From the NCBI GenBank assembly GCA_045534445.1, contig JAZSJQ010000057.1, positions 24,548-88,547 of the forward strand: 64,000 nt of DNA, read 5' to 3'. The position numbers and the translations under genes were made by a program. Below, piece after piece: positions 1 through 9,419 of this stretch. Source of the DNA: Acutalibacteraceae bacterium (GTDB lineage Bacteria; Bacillota; Clostridia; Oscillospirales; Acutalibacteraceae). Under the pieces are notes generated by a model, which saw only the letters and a program-made list of their open reading frames with translations, did not search any database and was not told the DNA's origin. Position 1 is the first letter of the stretch. Every line of letters starts with the position of its first letter.

Positions 1-1396
1 CGGGTGTTTCTTCCGAGAGAGTTGACATGAAGTTTTCAGGCTTGATTACAACGTTATAGAACAGTGTACCTGAGAATGCAACCAGTACGGTCAGGACGAA
101 AGAAACGAAGAACAGCAGTATATTCTGCTTTTTATTTGCACACATCTGTTTGAGGACAAGACGGACAGATGTACTGAATCTTGTTTTCTCAAGGGGAAAT
201 GGATTGGTTTTTCCGTTTCCTGCTTTGCCTGTGCCTCTGATTGCACTTATAGGCTGTATCTTTCTGATTCGCTTTGCGGCACTGACGGTAAATGCAAATA
301 CTATGAACATTGGGATAATAATTGCGATAGCAAGACCGCCAAAATCAAAGGCAAGGTCAAAAGAGAAGCCTGACTGCATGGTAAGGAAAGATGCGAGTGC
401 GGGAAGTATGGCATATGAAAGCATCATACCAATAACAGCACTTATAACCGTTACAAGCATATAAGGAATCACAAGGCTTGCAATGATCATGTTACCTGTA
501 TAGCCCATGGCTTTCAGCACGCCCATACTGACCATTTCGTCTTCGATGGAATTACTGATTCGGAACTTGCTGAGGAACACACTGACAAGAAGTATGACCG
601 CCGCAAACGCAATAAGAATGAGAATCAGCAGACTGCACACCATTGTTCTTGTGTCTTTGGTGGAATCACTGTCGTTTGAAGCAAGCATTGCAACGCCTCT
701 GCGTTCAAGAATATTGCCTGTTTCGTTTTTAATGTTCTCAACAGAGGCTGACTCATCTGTTACAAGCGAATATTCAACTATGGCATTATCTATATTGGCT
801 GCGAGGAAATCTTTGTAGGCACTATCGGAAAGATATGCTCCCATCATGCCCTTGCCGTAGTTGCCGTACTGCATTTCTTCTGCCGTTCCTGCAACGAAAA
901 AATTGTACTCTTTGCCGTTTACTTCGTAAACTATCTCATCACCGACAGAAAACTCGCCGAAGTTAGCTACATAGAAAGGCAGGTATATTGCAGGCTCCGA
1001 TATATTATCGGACTCTCCCCTGATATCAAGTCGGTTCACACTTCGCTCGTCATCAATATTGTAAAACACGGTGTTCATATCGAAATCGGTGCCTCTGAAA
1101 TCTTTTATCACAGCTTCGGTATAAATTGCCCTGTGTGACTCGACTTTGCTGATACCTTCGATAGTATTAAACTCGTCGGTAAGTTCTGCAGTATTCTGTA
1201 TTTCAGGTATATATACATTTATTGACGCTGTGTTCAGTTCATCGAATTTTGCATCATATGCCTTATCCGTCTGAAACGCAAGTACCATTGCAAGATTAAG
1301 CATAAATGCGGTGAACATGACAATGAGTCCGAATGAAATATATGAGCCTTTGTCTTTTTTCAGATTGTGGAGAATCTGTGTGTATATCTTTTTCAT
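1..1396 (-). CDS. FtsX-family ABC transporter permease (C-terminal part runs off the window start)
   Basis: The minus-strand frame is open from the ATG (CAT at 1394-1396) to the window edge. It is absent from the ORF track because no stop lies inside the window. Hand translation gives MKKIYTQILHNLKKDKGSYISFGLIVMFTAFMLNL..., with a TM helix, a large loop and further TM helices. It starts 1 nt after the stop of the upstream ATPase. Confidence 0.8.
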   Translation of the reverse strand, partial: MKKIYTQILHNLKKDKGSYISFGLIVMFTAFMLNLAMVLAFQTDKAYDAKFDELNTASINVYIPEIQNTAELTDEFNTIEGISKVESHRAIYTEAVIKDFRGTDFDMNTVFYNIDDERSVNRLDIRGESDNISEPAIYLPFYVANFGEFSVGDEIVYEVNGKEYNFFVAGTAEEMQYGNYGKGMMGAYLSDSAYKDFLAANIDNAIVEYSLVTDESASVENIKNETGNILERRGVAMLASNDSDSTKDTRTMVCSLLILILIAFAAVILLVSVFLSKFRISNSIEDEMVSMGVLKAMGYTGNMIIASLVIPYMLVTVISAVIGMMLSYAILPALASFLTMQSGFSFDLAFDFGGLAIAIIIPMFIVFAFTVSAAKRIRKIQPISAIRGTGKAGNGKTNPFPLEKTRFSTSVRLVLKQMCANKKQNILLFFVSFVLTVLVAFSGTLFYNVVIKPENFMSTLSEETP

Positions 1397-1397
1397 G

Positions 1398-2165
1398 TTA
1401 CCACCCCATTTTTGCAAGGAAGTCATTGAGTTTTTCTTCTCTTTCGCTGTTTTCCACATTGTATTTTCCAAGGTCGCACTCACCGAATATCTGTCCGTCA
1501 CGGATATACAGAACCCGATTGCCTCGAAGTGCGGTGCGCTTGTCGTGGGTTACCATTATAATGCTCTGCCCTTCTTCATAAAGCTTCGTGAATACATTCA
1601 GAACTGCTTCAGAGTTATTTGAATTAAGTGCGCCTGTAGGCTCATCGGCAAAGACTACCTCAGGGCTGTTGATAACCGCACGGACAATACCTGCACGCTG
1701 GGCTTCACCTCCTGAGACCTGAGAAGGGAACTTCTTCTGAGTTATTTCCGGAATATTTACAAGCTCGAAAAGCTCTTTTGCTCTTTTTACAAGGTCTTTT
1801 CTGCCTGACTTGCCAAGTGCTCCTGCTGTCAGCACATTATCCATCAGGCTCATTTTTTCAAGAAGATATATCTGCTGAAAAACAAATCCGCAGTGCTTTC
1901 TTCTGAAAACTGCAAGCTGATCGTCGGAACATTCCGTTACCTCTTTGCCTGCAAAATGAACTGTTCCGTCAGAGGGTCTGTCCATTCCCGAAAGTGAATA
2001 CATAAGAGTGGATTTACCTGCACCCGATGAACCCATAATCACTGTGAAGTCGCCGCGATAGATATCGAGATCGAGATTCTCAAATATTGTCTGGCTGCCG
2101 TCGCCTGTGCCAAAACTCTTTTTTAATCCTCTTGCTGAGATGATGATGTCTTTTTCTGTGTTCAT
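1398..2165 (-). CDS. ABC transporter ATP-binding protein (MacB/FtsE-like)
   Basis: Walker A GSSGAGKST, signature VSGGEAQR, Walker B VVFADEPTGALN. The C-terminal tail ...FLAKMGW is shared with the paralog at 25464-26231. Confidence 0.93.
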   Translation of the reverse strand: MNTEKDIIISARGLKKSFGTGDGSQTIFENLDLDIYRGDFTVIMGSSGAGKSTLMYSLSGMDRPSDGTVHFAGKEVTECSDDQLAVFRRKHCGFVFQQIYLLEKMSLMDNVLTAGALGKSGRKDLVKRAKELFELVNIPEITQKKFPSQVSGGEAQRAGIVRAVINSPEVVFADEPTGALNSNNSEAVLNVFTKLYEEGQSIIMVTHDKRTALRGNRVLYIRDGQIFGECDLGKYNVENSEREEKLNDFLAKMGW

Positions 2166-2338
2166 ATTTTACCTCCGAAATTCAGTCGGCTGACTGTGAT
2201 GGCTTCATTCTATCCAAACACTTCCGTTGCCGCCACCAACAGTTGTTTGCAAACACGAAAAATGCGTGCTACGTTCCGTAGCACGGCAAATTTTCGCATG
2301 ATCAAGCCATTTTTAAACACATATTTTATCGATAAATT

Positions 2339-2380
2339 AAGAAAGGCTGACTGATTTTTAAAAATCAGTCAGCCTTTCTT
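2339..2380 (-). terminator. Long perfect palindrome, probable terminator after the flavodoxin-like gene
   Basis: AAGAAAGGCTGACTGATTTTT/AAAAATCAGTCAGCCTTTCTT, just downstream of the stop at 2413. Coordinates are +/-2. Confidence 0.6.
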
Positions 2381-2412
2381 GCTAACGAATAACATTTTCC
2401 TGCATTTTTTGA

Positions 2413-3114
2413 TCACTTATTTTTCCATGGACGCTTTCTTTTTGTCCAGCCCTTTTCCTGCCAGTATTCCTTTTCTGCTTCACCTGAACCCATACCGCCT
2501 TTTTGCATCATGCGCATCATCGAAAACATCATTTTGGTTTTTGCACTGACTTTAGGCTCACGATCTGAGGAAAGCTTCTTTGCAATTTTTGCGGCAGCCT
2601 TTTCGACCTTTGACTTCTTTCTGTCAGAAACCATATCCCAGTTCATTGCCTGGACGCTTATTCCATACTTTGTAATATCGGAAATACCCCAGTATCCAAG
2701 TGCAGTTGCAACATCCTTTATGGCAGAGTCTGTTCCGATTCCTGCCGCAGTTGATACAACAACCGCTTTCTTTTTAAACATACACTCTCTCGGTCTGTGT
2801 GACATCCAGTATGTAAAGGTAAGATCAATGAATGATTTCATCGGTGCTGAAGCTCTCATGCAATAGGTAGGAGTTGTGAAAATCAGCAGATCTGCCTTCT
2901 CCGCCGCACTCATGATCTTCTGCTTTTCATCATAGAACGGGCACTTACTTTCATCTTCGATGCAGCTGTAGCAGCCTGTACAGAAATGGTTTAAATCTCT
3001 TGGCAAAAAGAATTCCGTAATTTCTCTGTCTCCTGATATCTTATCGGCTATCATACGTCCGACGGTGTATGAACTGCCCTTGTGATTCTGGCCGTGAATC
3101 AATACTATTTTCAT
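2413..3114 (-). CDS. Flavodoxin-family / NAD(P)H-dependent FMN reductase-like protein
   Basis: MKIVLIHGQNHKGSSYTVG... is a flavodoxin-like N-terminus, and a Cys cluster CTGCYSCIEDESKCP resembles iron-sulfur flavoproteins. Its start overlaps the TetR stop (ATGA). Confidence 0.75.
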   Translation of the reverse strand: MKIVLIHGQNHKGSSYTVGRMIADKISGDREITEFFLPRDLNHFCTGCYSCIEDESKCPFYDEKQKIMSAAEKADLLIFTTPTYCMRASAPMKSFIDLTFTYWMSHRPRECMFKKKAVVVSTAAGIGTDSAIKDVATALGYWGISDITKYGISVQAMNWDMVSDRKKSKVEKAAAKIAKKLSSDREPKVSAKTKMMFSMMRMMQKGGMGSGEAEKEYWQEKGWTKRKRPWKNK

Positions 3115-3734
3115 TACTTTTCCTCCTTGGAATAAATTCTTGAAAACTGTCTTATGTGCCGTTCAAGCAGTGCGGTCAGCTCGCGCTCTCTTTGTGGCTC
3201 TCTGTCGCACATTGTCAAAAGCGTGTATATCGGGGCGTGAAACTGCAGTGCCATTGTATATGGATCCTCACTTTTCAGCACTCCCTTTTCGCACAGTACT
3301 GCGAACATTGTACTCTGATATTTCAACGAATCATCTATATACTGCCTGCTGAAAAGCTGTGCCAGCTCAGGATTGTGAAACTGTTCAATCGTCAGCATTT
3401 TGCGGAATTTCTGCGTATAATCGTCATGGAGAAAAAAGCTAAACAGCCCCATTCCCATCTGAACCAGAACATCTTCCGAAACTGCGGCAAAGGTCATCGC
3501 ATCTGCCATGGCGTTGTTTCCGTCCATGTTAAGAGATGCCGCCTGACGATCGTAATTGGCTTTCATTTCATCAAGAATTGCGTTGAATATATCGCGTTTG
3601 CTTTTATAGTGCTTGTAAAGTGACGGAGCCTTTATCCCTACTGCTTCCGCAATCCGGGCAACAAATACATTTGTGTAGCCATTTTCCGAAAATAAAGTCA
3701 GCGCTGCATCAAGTATTTTTCTCTTTGTGTCCAC
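3114..3734 (-). CDS. TetR/AcrR family transcriptional regulator
   Basis: N-terminal HTH ILDAALTLFSENGYTNVFVARIAEAVGIKAPSLYKHYKSKRDIF, and size about 200 aa. Confidence 0.9.
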   Translation of the reverse strand: MDTKRKILDAALTLFSENGYTNVFVARIAEAVGIKAPSLYKHYKSKRDIFNAILDEMKANYDRQAASLNMDGNNAMADAMTFAAVSEDVLVQMGMGLFSFFLHDDYTQKFRKMLTIEQFHNPELAQLFSRQYIDDSLKYQSTMFAVLCEKGVLKSEDPYTMALQFHAPIYTLLTMCDREPQRERELTALLERHIRQFSRIYSKEEK

Positions 3735-3841
3735 TCATTCACCTCCGTTTTATCAGTCCATGACTGTCGGCTAATTCAGATTAGCCTGATTATAAGCTAA
3801 TTTGGATTAGCTGTCAAGTTTTTTATTCTAAAAAATACATA

Positions 3842-3891
3842 TTGACATTTATCTATGCATCAACTATACTACGCATAGATAATTATCTATG
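3842..3891 (+). promoter_or_regulatory. Sigma-A type promoter with palindromic ArsR-type operator
   Basis: TTGACA (3842-3847), 17-nt spacer, TATACT (3865-3870). A perfect 18-bp palindrome CATAGATAATTATCTATG lies at 3874-3891, and an extra TTATCTATG copy lies at 3849-3857. Confidence 0.65.
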
Positions 3892-3904
3892 TGAGGCGTT
3901 GTTA

Positions 3905-4198
3905 ATGGACGAAAACAGAATTTCACTTATCTTCAAAGCATTCTGTGACGAAAACCGCATTCGCATTCTGAACATACTTAAAAACGGTGAAAAATGTGCA
4001 TGCAGGCTGCTCGAAGCTCTCAACGTGACCCAGCCCACCCTTTCCCACCATATGAAGATCTTATGTGAGTCAGGCATTGTAATTGGCCGCAAAGAAGGGA
4101 AATGGATGTACTACTCCATTTCAGAGGACGGGTTGGAAAAAGCACTTGAGTATATTGATTATTTAAGCACCAAAAAGGAGACTGACAAAAATGACTAA
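3905..4198 (+). CDS. ArsR/SmtB family metalloregulator
   Basis: Contains ...CACRLLEALNVTQPTLSHHMKIL..., the ArsR wHTH with a CxC site. The ATG at 3905 is preferred over the upstream TTG of the ORF track, because the TTG lies inside the promoter. Confidence 0.88.
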   Translation: MDENRISLIFKAFCDENRIRILNILKNGEKCACRLLEALNVTQPTLSHHMKILCESGIVIGRKEGKWMYYSISEDGLEKALEYIDYLSTKKETDKND

Positions 4199-4634
4199 GG
4201 CCGAAAAGGCAGTTGCGCTGTTCAATAGCGGATTCAACTGTTCTCAGGCGGTTCTTACCGCCTTTGCAAAGGATTTTGGACTTGATGAAAAGCTCACGCT
4301 GACGCTCGGCGCATCATTCGGAAGCGGAGCAAGAAAAGGAGAGCTTTGCGGTGCTGTATCGGGCGCACTCATGGTGCTCGGTCTAAGATACGGCCACTTT
4401 GATTCTTCTGATACGGAAAGAAGAGTACGAGCCAACACAATTACAGAGAGGTTCACAGAACGTTTCGAGGCGGTCAACGGCTCAATAGTATGCCGTAACC
4501 TGCTGGGCTATGATCTTGCAAAGCCTGAAGATCTGGCTGTGATACGCGAAAAAAAGCTGTTCACCGAATTCTGCCCTCTTATGGTTAAAAGTGCAGTGGA
4601 GGTGCTGGACGGCATACTTTCCGAATACGAGTAA
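4191..4634 (+). CDS. C_GCAxxG_C_C family (putative redox-active) protein
   Basis: Motif series FNCSQAV ... GELCGAVSGA ... CRNLL ... FCPLM. It overlaps the ArsR stop by 8 nt. Confidence 0.8.
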   Translation: MTKAEKAVALFNSGFNCSQAVLTAFAKDFGLDEKLTLTLGASFGSGARKGELCGAVSGALMVLGLRYGHFDSSDTERRVRANTITERFTERFEAVNGSIVCRNLLGYDLAKPEDLAVIREKKLFTEFCPLMVKSAVEVLDGILSEYE

Positions 4635-4815
4635 AAAGAACCGTCGGGCATACCGTCTACAAACAGCATCATTAATTTATATAAAAATAAGTCATACATG
4701 ATTTACTTATATATTAATTTGCCGAAATTGATATACACACCAAATATTTCTTTACAACATCACTTTACCGTGCTAAAATTACATCACATTATTTATTACT
4801 TTGGAGGGTACACAT

Positions 4816-5616
4816 ATGAAAAAGATCATCGCATTACTTCTCGCAGTTCTTATGATCGTCGGCATCACCGCTTGCGGCAAGAATGACGGCACTGACCTTG
4901 AAAACGTCAAGGAAAAGGGCACTTTAATTGTCGGTATCACCGACTTTGCTCCCATGGACTACAAGGTTGCAGGCAACGATGAGTGGGTCGGCTTTGACGC
5001 TGACATGGCTAAGCTTTTTGCTGAATACCTCGGTGTTGATGTTCAGTTCGTTGAGATCACATGGGGTCAGAAGGTCAATGAGCTTAACAGTAAGTCCATC
5101 GACTGTGTATGGAACGGAATGACTCTCAACGATGAGGTCAAAGCTGCTATGAGCACCTCTGTTCCCTATTGCCTCAATGCTCAGGTTCTTGTTGTTCCTG
5201 CTGACAAGGCTGCAGACTTTGAGAATCTTACTGATCTCAACGGTATCAACGTTGCTGTTGAAAGCGGTTCCGCAGGCGAAGACGCTGCTCTTGCTCTCGG
5301 TGCTAAGACCGTTGCTGTTGAAAAGCAGTCTGACGCTCTTATGGAGGTTGCTGCAGGCACTTCCGATGCTGCTGTTATCGATCTTCTCATGGCAGGCGCT
5401 ATGATCGGCGAAGGCACTAACTATAACAATCTTGTTTGGGTCCTCAATCTCAACGATCTCCAGAATCTTGAGTCCGAGATGTACGGCGTTGGTTTCCGCA
5501 AGGATTCTGACCTTACCGAGAAGTTCAACACCTTCTGGAGCGAGAAGGTTGCAGACGGCACCGTTCTTGAGGTTGCAAAAACCTATGGTGTTCAGGAATC
5601 TGTTATACTTGACTAA
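4816..5616 (+). CDS. Amino acid ABC transporter substrate-binding lipoprotein (family 3 SBP)
   Basis: MKKIIALLLAVLMIVGITACGKND is a signal peptide with a lipobox, followed by an SBP_bac_3-like body. A GGAGGG RBS lies 7 nt upstream of the ATG at 4816. Confidence 0.9.
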   Translation: MKKIIALLLAVLMIVGITACGKNDGTDLENVKEKGTLIVGITDFAPMDYKVAGNDEWVGFDADMAKLFAEYLGVDVQFVEITWGQKVNELNSKSIDCVWNGMTLNDEVKAAMSTSVPYCLNAQVLVVPADKAADFENLTDLNGINVAVESGSAGEDAALALGAKTVAVEKQSDALMEVAAGTSDAAVIDLLMAGAMIGEGTNYNNLVWVLNLNDLQNLESEMYGVGFRKDSDLTEKFNTFWSEKVADGTVLEVAKTYGVQESVILD

Positions 5617-5640
5617 GCAAACAGTTTTTTCTTAATATGA

Positions 5641-5665
5641 CAGAGGGCGGCAAAACCGCCCTCTG
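5641..5665 (+). terminator. Hairpin between the SBP and permease genes (partial terminator or stabiliser)
   Basis: CAGAGGGCGG-CAAAA-CCGCCCTCTG followed by CCTTT. Confidence 0.45.
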
Positions 5666-5714
5666 CCTTTAATAACCTGGTTTTCGGATATCGCTACCTC
5701 AAGGAGGCTATTTT

Positions 5715-6404
5715 ATGAGCTTTTTCTCATCTCTGGAGTTTAAGACTGTTGTCGAAGCTCTCAATCAGGGTTTTCTTGTAACTCTGGAGTTATTCTTTGT
5801 AACACTTATCGGCGCGCTCCCTTTGGGACTTGTCATTTCATTCGGTTCAATGAGCCGGTTTGCACCTTTTCGCTGGTTCACCAAAACACTGGTATGGATC
5901 GTTCGCGGTACTCCCCTTGTTCTGCAGATCATCGCGATCTATTATGTTCCCGGTCTGCTTGGGCTATATATCTGGGGCGGCGGCGAGTCCGGTAGATTTA
6001 CTGCTGTTGCAGTGGCTTTTATAATCAATTACGCTTTCTATTTTTCGGAGATATTCCGCGGCGGTATCCAATCTGTTCCTCAGGGTCAGTATGAAGCAGG
6101 ACAGGTTCTCGGCATGACACGCAGTCAGATATTTTTCAAGATAACTCTGCTTCAGATGATAAAGCGTATAGTTCCCCCTGTATCAAATGAGATCATCACT
6201 CTTGTAAAGGATACCTCTCTCGCCCGTGTTATTGCCCTTCAGGAGGTAATATGGATGGGCGAAGCATTTTTGAGGGGTTATCAGGGCTTCGCAGGTCTCG
6301 TTTGGCCTCTCTTCTTCACCGCTGTATACTACCTCGCATTCAGTGGAATCGTAACCATTCTTCTCAATCTCCTTGAGAAGAAACTCGATTATTTCCGTGC
6401 TTAA
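5715..6404 (+). CDS. Amino acid ABC transporter permease (His/Glu/Gln/Arg/opine family)
   Basis: Multi-TM protein with an EAA-like loop ...MTRSQIFFKITLLQMIKRIVPPVSNEIITLVKDTSLA... Confidence 0.9.
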   Translation: MSFFSSLEFKTVVEALNQGFLVTLELFFVTLIGALPLGLVISFGSMSRFAPFRWFTKTLVWIVRGTPLVLQIIAIYYVPGLLGLYIWGGGESGRFTAVAVAFIINYAFYFSEIFRGGIQSVPQGQYEAGQVLGMTRSQIFFKITLLQMIKRIVPPVSNEIITLVKDTSLARVIALQEVIWMGEAFLRGYQGFAGLVWPLFFTAVYYLAFSGIVTILLNLLEKKLDYFRA

Positions 6405-6416
6405 GGAGGAATTACT

Positions 6417-7202
6417 GTGGCTATTCTAAGTGTTAAAAACATCAGCAAATCCTTCGGAAGCACCAAGGTGCTTGAGGATGTCAATTTTGACCTCAATGCA
6501 GGCGAAACTATTGCTATTATAGGCTCTTCAGGCTCAGGAAAGACCACTCTTCTCCGTTGTCTTAATTTCCTCGAAACTCCCGACACCGGCACTGTCTCAA
6601 TTGCCGATGAGGTCATCATCGATTGCGATGATACCACCAAACCGAGCGAAGCTGTTATTCGTAGCCGACGCTCTCATTTCGGTCTGGTATTCCAGTCATT
6701 CAACCTCTTCCCCCAGTACACCGCTCTGAAAAACGTTACTCTTGCAAAGGAGCTGCTTGCCAAGGAGCGACCTGATTTCAAGGCTAACCGCAAGGAGATT
6801 CTTAAAGAAATCGAAGAAGAAGGTCTGGAGCTTCTCTCAAAAATGGGACTTGCTGACAGAGCAGGACATTATCCCCATCAGCTCTCAGGCGGTCAGCAGC
6901 AGCGTGTTGCCATCGCCCGTGCGCTGGCTCTTCATCCCGATATACTCTGCTTTGACGAACCCACCTCCGCTCTTGACCCCGAGCTTACAGGCGAAGTGCT
7001 CAAGGTAATACGTTCTCTCGCAGACCAGAAGACCACCATGATAATCGTAACTCACGAAATGGCTTTTGCCCGTGATGTTGCAGACCGTGTTATATTCATG
7101 GACGAAGGTGTTATCGTCGAGCAGGGTCCTGCACAGCAGGTTATTGAAAACCCGCAGAACGAGCGCACAAAGCACTTCCTTGCCCGTTATAACGAGCAGT
7201 AA
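6417..7202 (+). CDS. Amino acid ABC transporter ATP-binding protein
   Basis: Walker A GSSGSGKTT, signature LSGGQQQRVAIARAL, Walker B ILCFDEPTSALD. Confidence 0.95.
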   Translation: MAILSVKNISKSFGSTKVLEDVNFDLNAGETIAIIGSSGSGKTTLLRCLNFLETPDTGTVSIADEVIIDCDDTTKPSEAVIRSRRSHFGLVFQSFNLFPQYTALKNVTLAKELLAKERPDFKANRKEILKEIEEEGLELLSKMGLADRAGHYPHQLSGGQQQRVAIARALALHPDILCFDEPTSALDPELTGEVLKVIRSLADQKTTMIIVTHEMAFARDVADRVIFMDEGVIVEQGPAQQVIENPQNERTKHFLARYNEQ

Positions 7203-7208
7203 GATATC

Positions 7209-7241
7209 AAAAACAGCAGGAGTAAACTCCTGCTGTTTTTT
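7209..7241. terminator. Bidirectional intrinsic terminator between convergent genes
   Basis: ACAGCAGGAG-TAAA-CTCCTGCTGT flanked by an A-run and a T-run. It lies between the stops at 7202 (+) and 7245 (-). Confidence 0.85.
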
Positions 7242-7244
7242 AAT

Positions 7245-9239
7245 TTATTTTGCGTTTCTTTTGAATACTGCGGCTGTTCTGGAAGGCAGATAGCATTGGA
7301 AGCCAATCTGTCCGTTTTCGTTTTTGACTGCTGTGTATTCATAATTCATATCGGTACGGTCAAAGCCGCCGAAAACACTGCTGTCAGTAGAAAGCACCGC
7401 CTTGTACTTTCCTTCCGCCGGAGCTGTTACAAAGTATCCCTCAAAAGATCTTGTGGGATTGAAGTTGAATGCGAAAATGTAATCGCCCTTAGAGTAAATT
7501 ATAATCTTATCATCGTTATGAATATAGCCGTACTGTGCCTTTTCTGAAATCAGATCGCCCTCTTTAAGGAGCGTTATCATAGCTTTATCAAAGGCGCGGA
7601 GCTGTCCGTATCTGAGATTGTCATCATCAGCAAGGCTCCACTGTCTGCGGCAGTAATGATAGCTCCAGCCATTTCCTTCACGGGGGAAATCTATCCACTC
7701 GGGGTGACCGAATTCGTTGCCCATGAAGTTGAGATAGCCCTCTCCTGCCAGTGATGCCGTTATAATGCGTATCATCTTGTGAAGCGCCATGCCTCTGTCG
7801 ATAACAGCATTATTGCTGTTTTTGCACATTCCTGTGTACATATCTGCATCGCAAAGGCGGAACATGATCGTCTTGTCTCCGACAAGAGCCTGATCGTGAG
7901 ATTCTGAATATCCGATGTTCTTTTCCTCGGGTCTGCGGCTGTTAAGCTCGTACCAAAGCTTGTTCATATCCCAGTTTTCATCGGTATATTCCTTTATCAT
8001 CTTTATCCACAGATCGGGAACACCCATGGAAAGCCTGTAATCAAATCCGATACCGCCGTCGGGAATCTTTATGCACATACCCGGCATACCCGACATATCC
8101 TCGGCTACCGTCAGCGCATTGGGATTGATTGTGTGAATAAGCTCGTTGGCAAGCTGCAGATATGTTATTGCCTCTGTGTCAGTATTGAGAGAAAAGTACA
8201 TACTGTAATTGCAGAATGCACTTCCAAGTCCGTGGTCATGGTACAGCATCGAGGTAACACCGTCAAAACGGAAGCCGTCAAAATGGAATATCTCCATCCA
8301 GTATTTGAGATTTGAAAGCAGGAAGTGCAGGACTTCATTCTTTCCGTAATTGAAAAGCTTTGTGTCCCATGCACTGTGGTGACCTCTGGGTCCGTCATGG
8401 AAGAACTGGTACTGTGTGCCGTCAAACTCATTGAGTCCCTCGCTGGTATTCTTTACCGCATGAGAATGCACTACGTCAAGAAGCACCGTAATTCCCATGC
8501 TGTGAGCTGTATCTATAAGCTTCTTCAGGTCACTTCCCTTTCCGTAACGGGATGATGCAGCAAAGAAATTCGACACCTGATAGCCAAAGGATCCGTAATA
8601 AGGATGCTCCATTATTGCCATTATCTGAATGGTATTATAGCCAAGATCCTTTATTTTCGGCAGTATATCGCGGGTAAACGCCTCATAAGTGCCGACGCTG
8701 TATCCCTCATGAGCCATGCCGATATGACATTCATAGATATACGGTGTTTTGCAAGGCTTGAAGTTCTTGTCCGTCCACTTGAATTCATCGAAAAGTATAT
8801 CATCAACCTCAGCACACCAGAGATGGGTGTTTTCATCCTGAACCACTCTTGTTGCATAGGTAGGAATACGTCTGAGAGTCTGACCGTTATGGATTACGAC
8901 TGCCTGTATCTTCTGCCCTGCTTTAAGCGCTTTGCTGCCCTTTAGCTTTACTTCATAAACACCCCGTCCGAGATCCTTCATGGGGCAGGCATAAAGATCC
9001 CAATTATTGAAATCTCCCGTGAGATACATCTTCTCTGCACCCGGTGCCCATTCACGGTAAACCCAGCCGTCCTTTGTCTTGTGAATACCGAAGTATTCAT
9101 ATCCGTTTGCAAAGTCAACAAGGTTTTTATTGTTTCCGAGAAGCTGAACTCGCTTCTTTTCATAATTGTCCATTCTAAGCTGAAGGTCACTCTCATGCGG
9201 CTTCAGATAAGGATCTATCTCCAATATTTTAAGGCTCAT
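7245..9239 (-). CDS. glgB: 1,4-alpha-glucan branching enzyme (GH13)
   Basis: GH13 catalytic motifs are present (DVVHSH, GFRFDGVTSM, EDMSG, ESHDQ). The start is set at the ATG of MSLKILEIDPYL..., which is preceded by AAGGAG; the ORF-track TTG start overlaps that RBS. Confidence 0.92.
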   Translation of the reverse strand: MSLKILEIDPYLKPHESDLQLRMDNYEKKRVQLLGNNKNLVDFANGYEYFGIHKTKDGWVYREWAPGAEKMYLTGDFNNWDLYACPMKDLGRGVYEVKLKGSKALKAGQKIQAVVIHNGQTLRRIPTYATRVVQDENTHLWCAEVDDILFDEFKWTDKNFKPCKTPYIYECHIGMAHEGYSVGTYEAFTRDILPKIKDLGYNTIQIMAIMEHPYYGSFGYQVSNFFAASSRYGKGSDLKKLIDTAHSMGITVLLDVVHSHAVKNTSEGLNEFDGTQYQFFHDGPRGHHSAWDTKLFNYGKNEVLHFLLSNLKYWMEIFHFDGFRFDGVTSMLYHDHGLGSAFCNYSMYFSLNTDTEAITYLQLANELIHTINPNALTVAEDMSGMPGMCIKIPDGGIGFDYRLSMGVPDLWIKMIKEYTDENWDMNKLWYELNSRRPEEKNIGYSESHDQALVGDKTIMFRLCDADMYTGMCKNSNNAVIDRGMALHKMIRIITASLAGEGYLNFMGNEFGHPEWIDFPREGNGWSYHYCRRQWSLADDDNLRYGQLRAFDKAMITLLKEGDLISEKAQYGYIHNDDKIIIYSKGDYIFAFNFNPTRSFEGYFVTAPAEGKYKAVLSTDSSVFGGFDRTDMNYEYTAVKNENGQIGFQCYLPSRTAAVFKRNAK

Positions 9240-9419
9240 AATGACGCTCCTTATAATTTCGTTCAATATAATTATTATATCAAATCATTTCATATTTGTA
9301 AATAACAGCAATAAAATTAACATATGCAAAATTTATTATGTGCAAAAAATGCAATCAGTTGACAAGCAACACTTAATGACACTATAATTACATATAAGAA
9401 ATTCACGGAGGTCATTATT

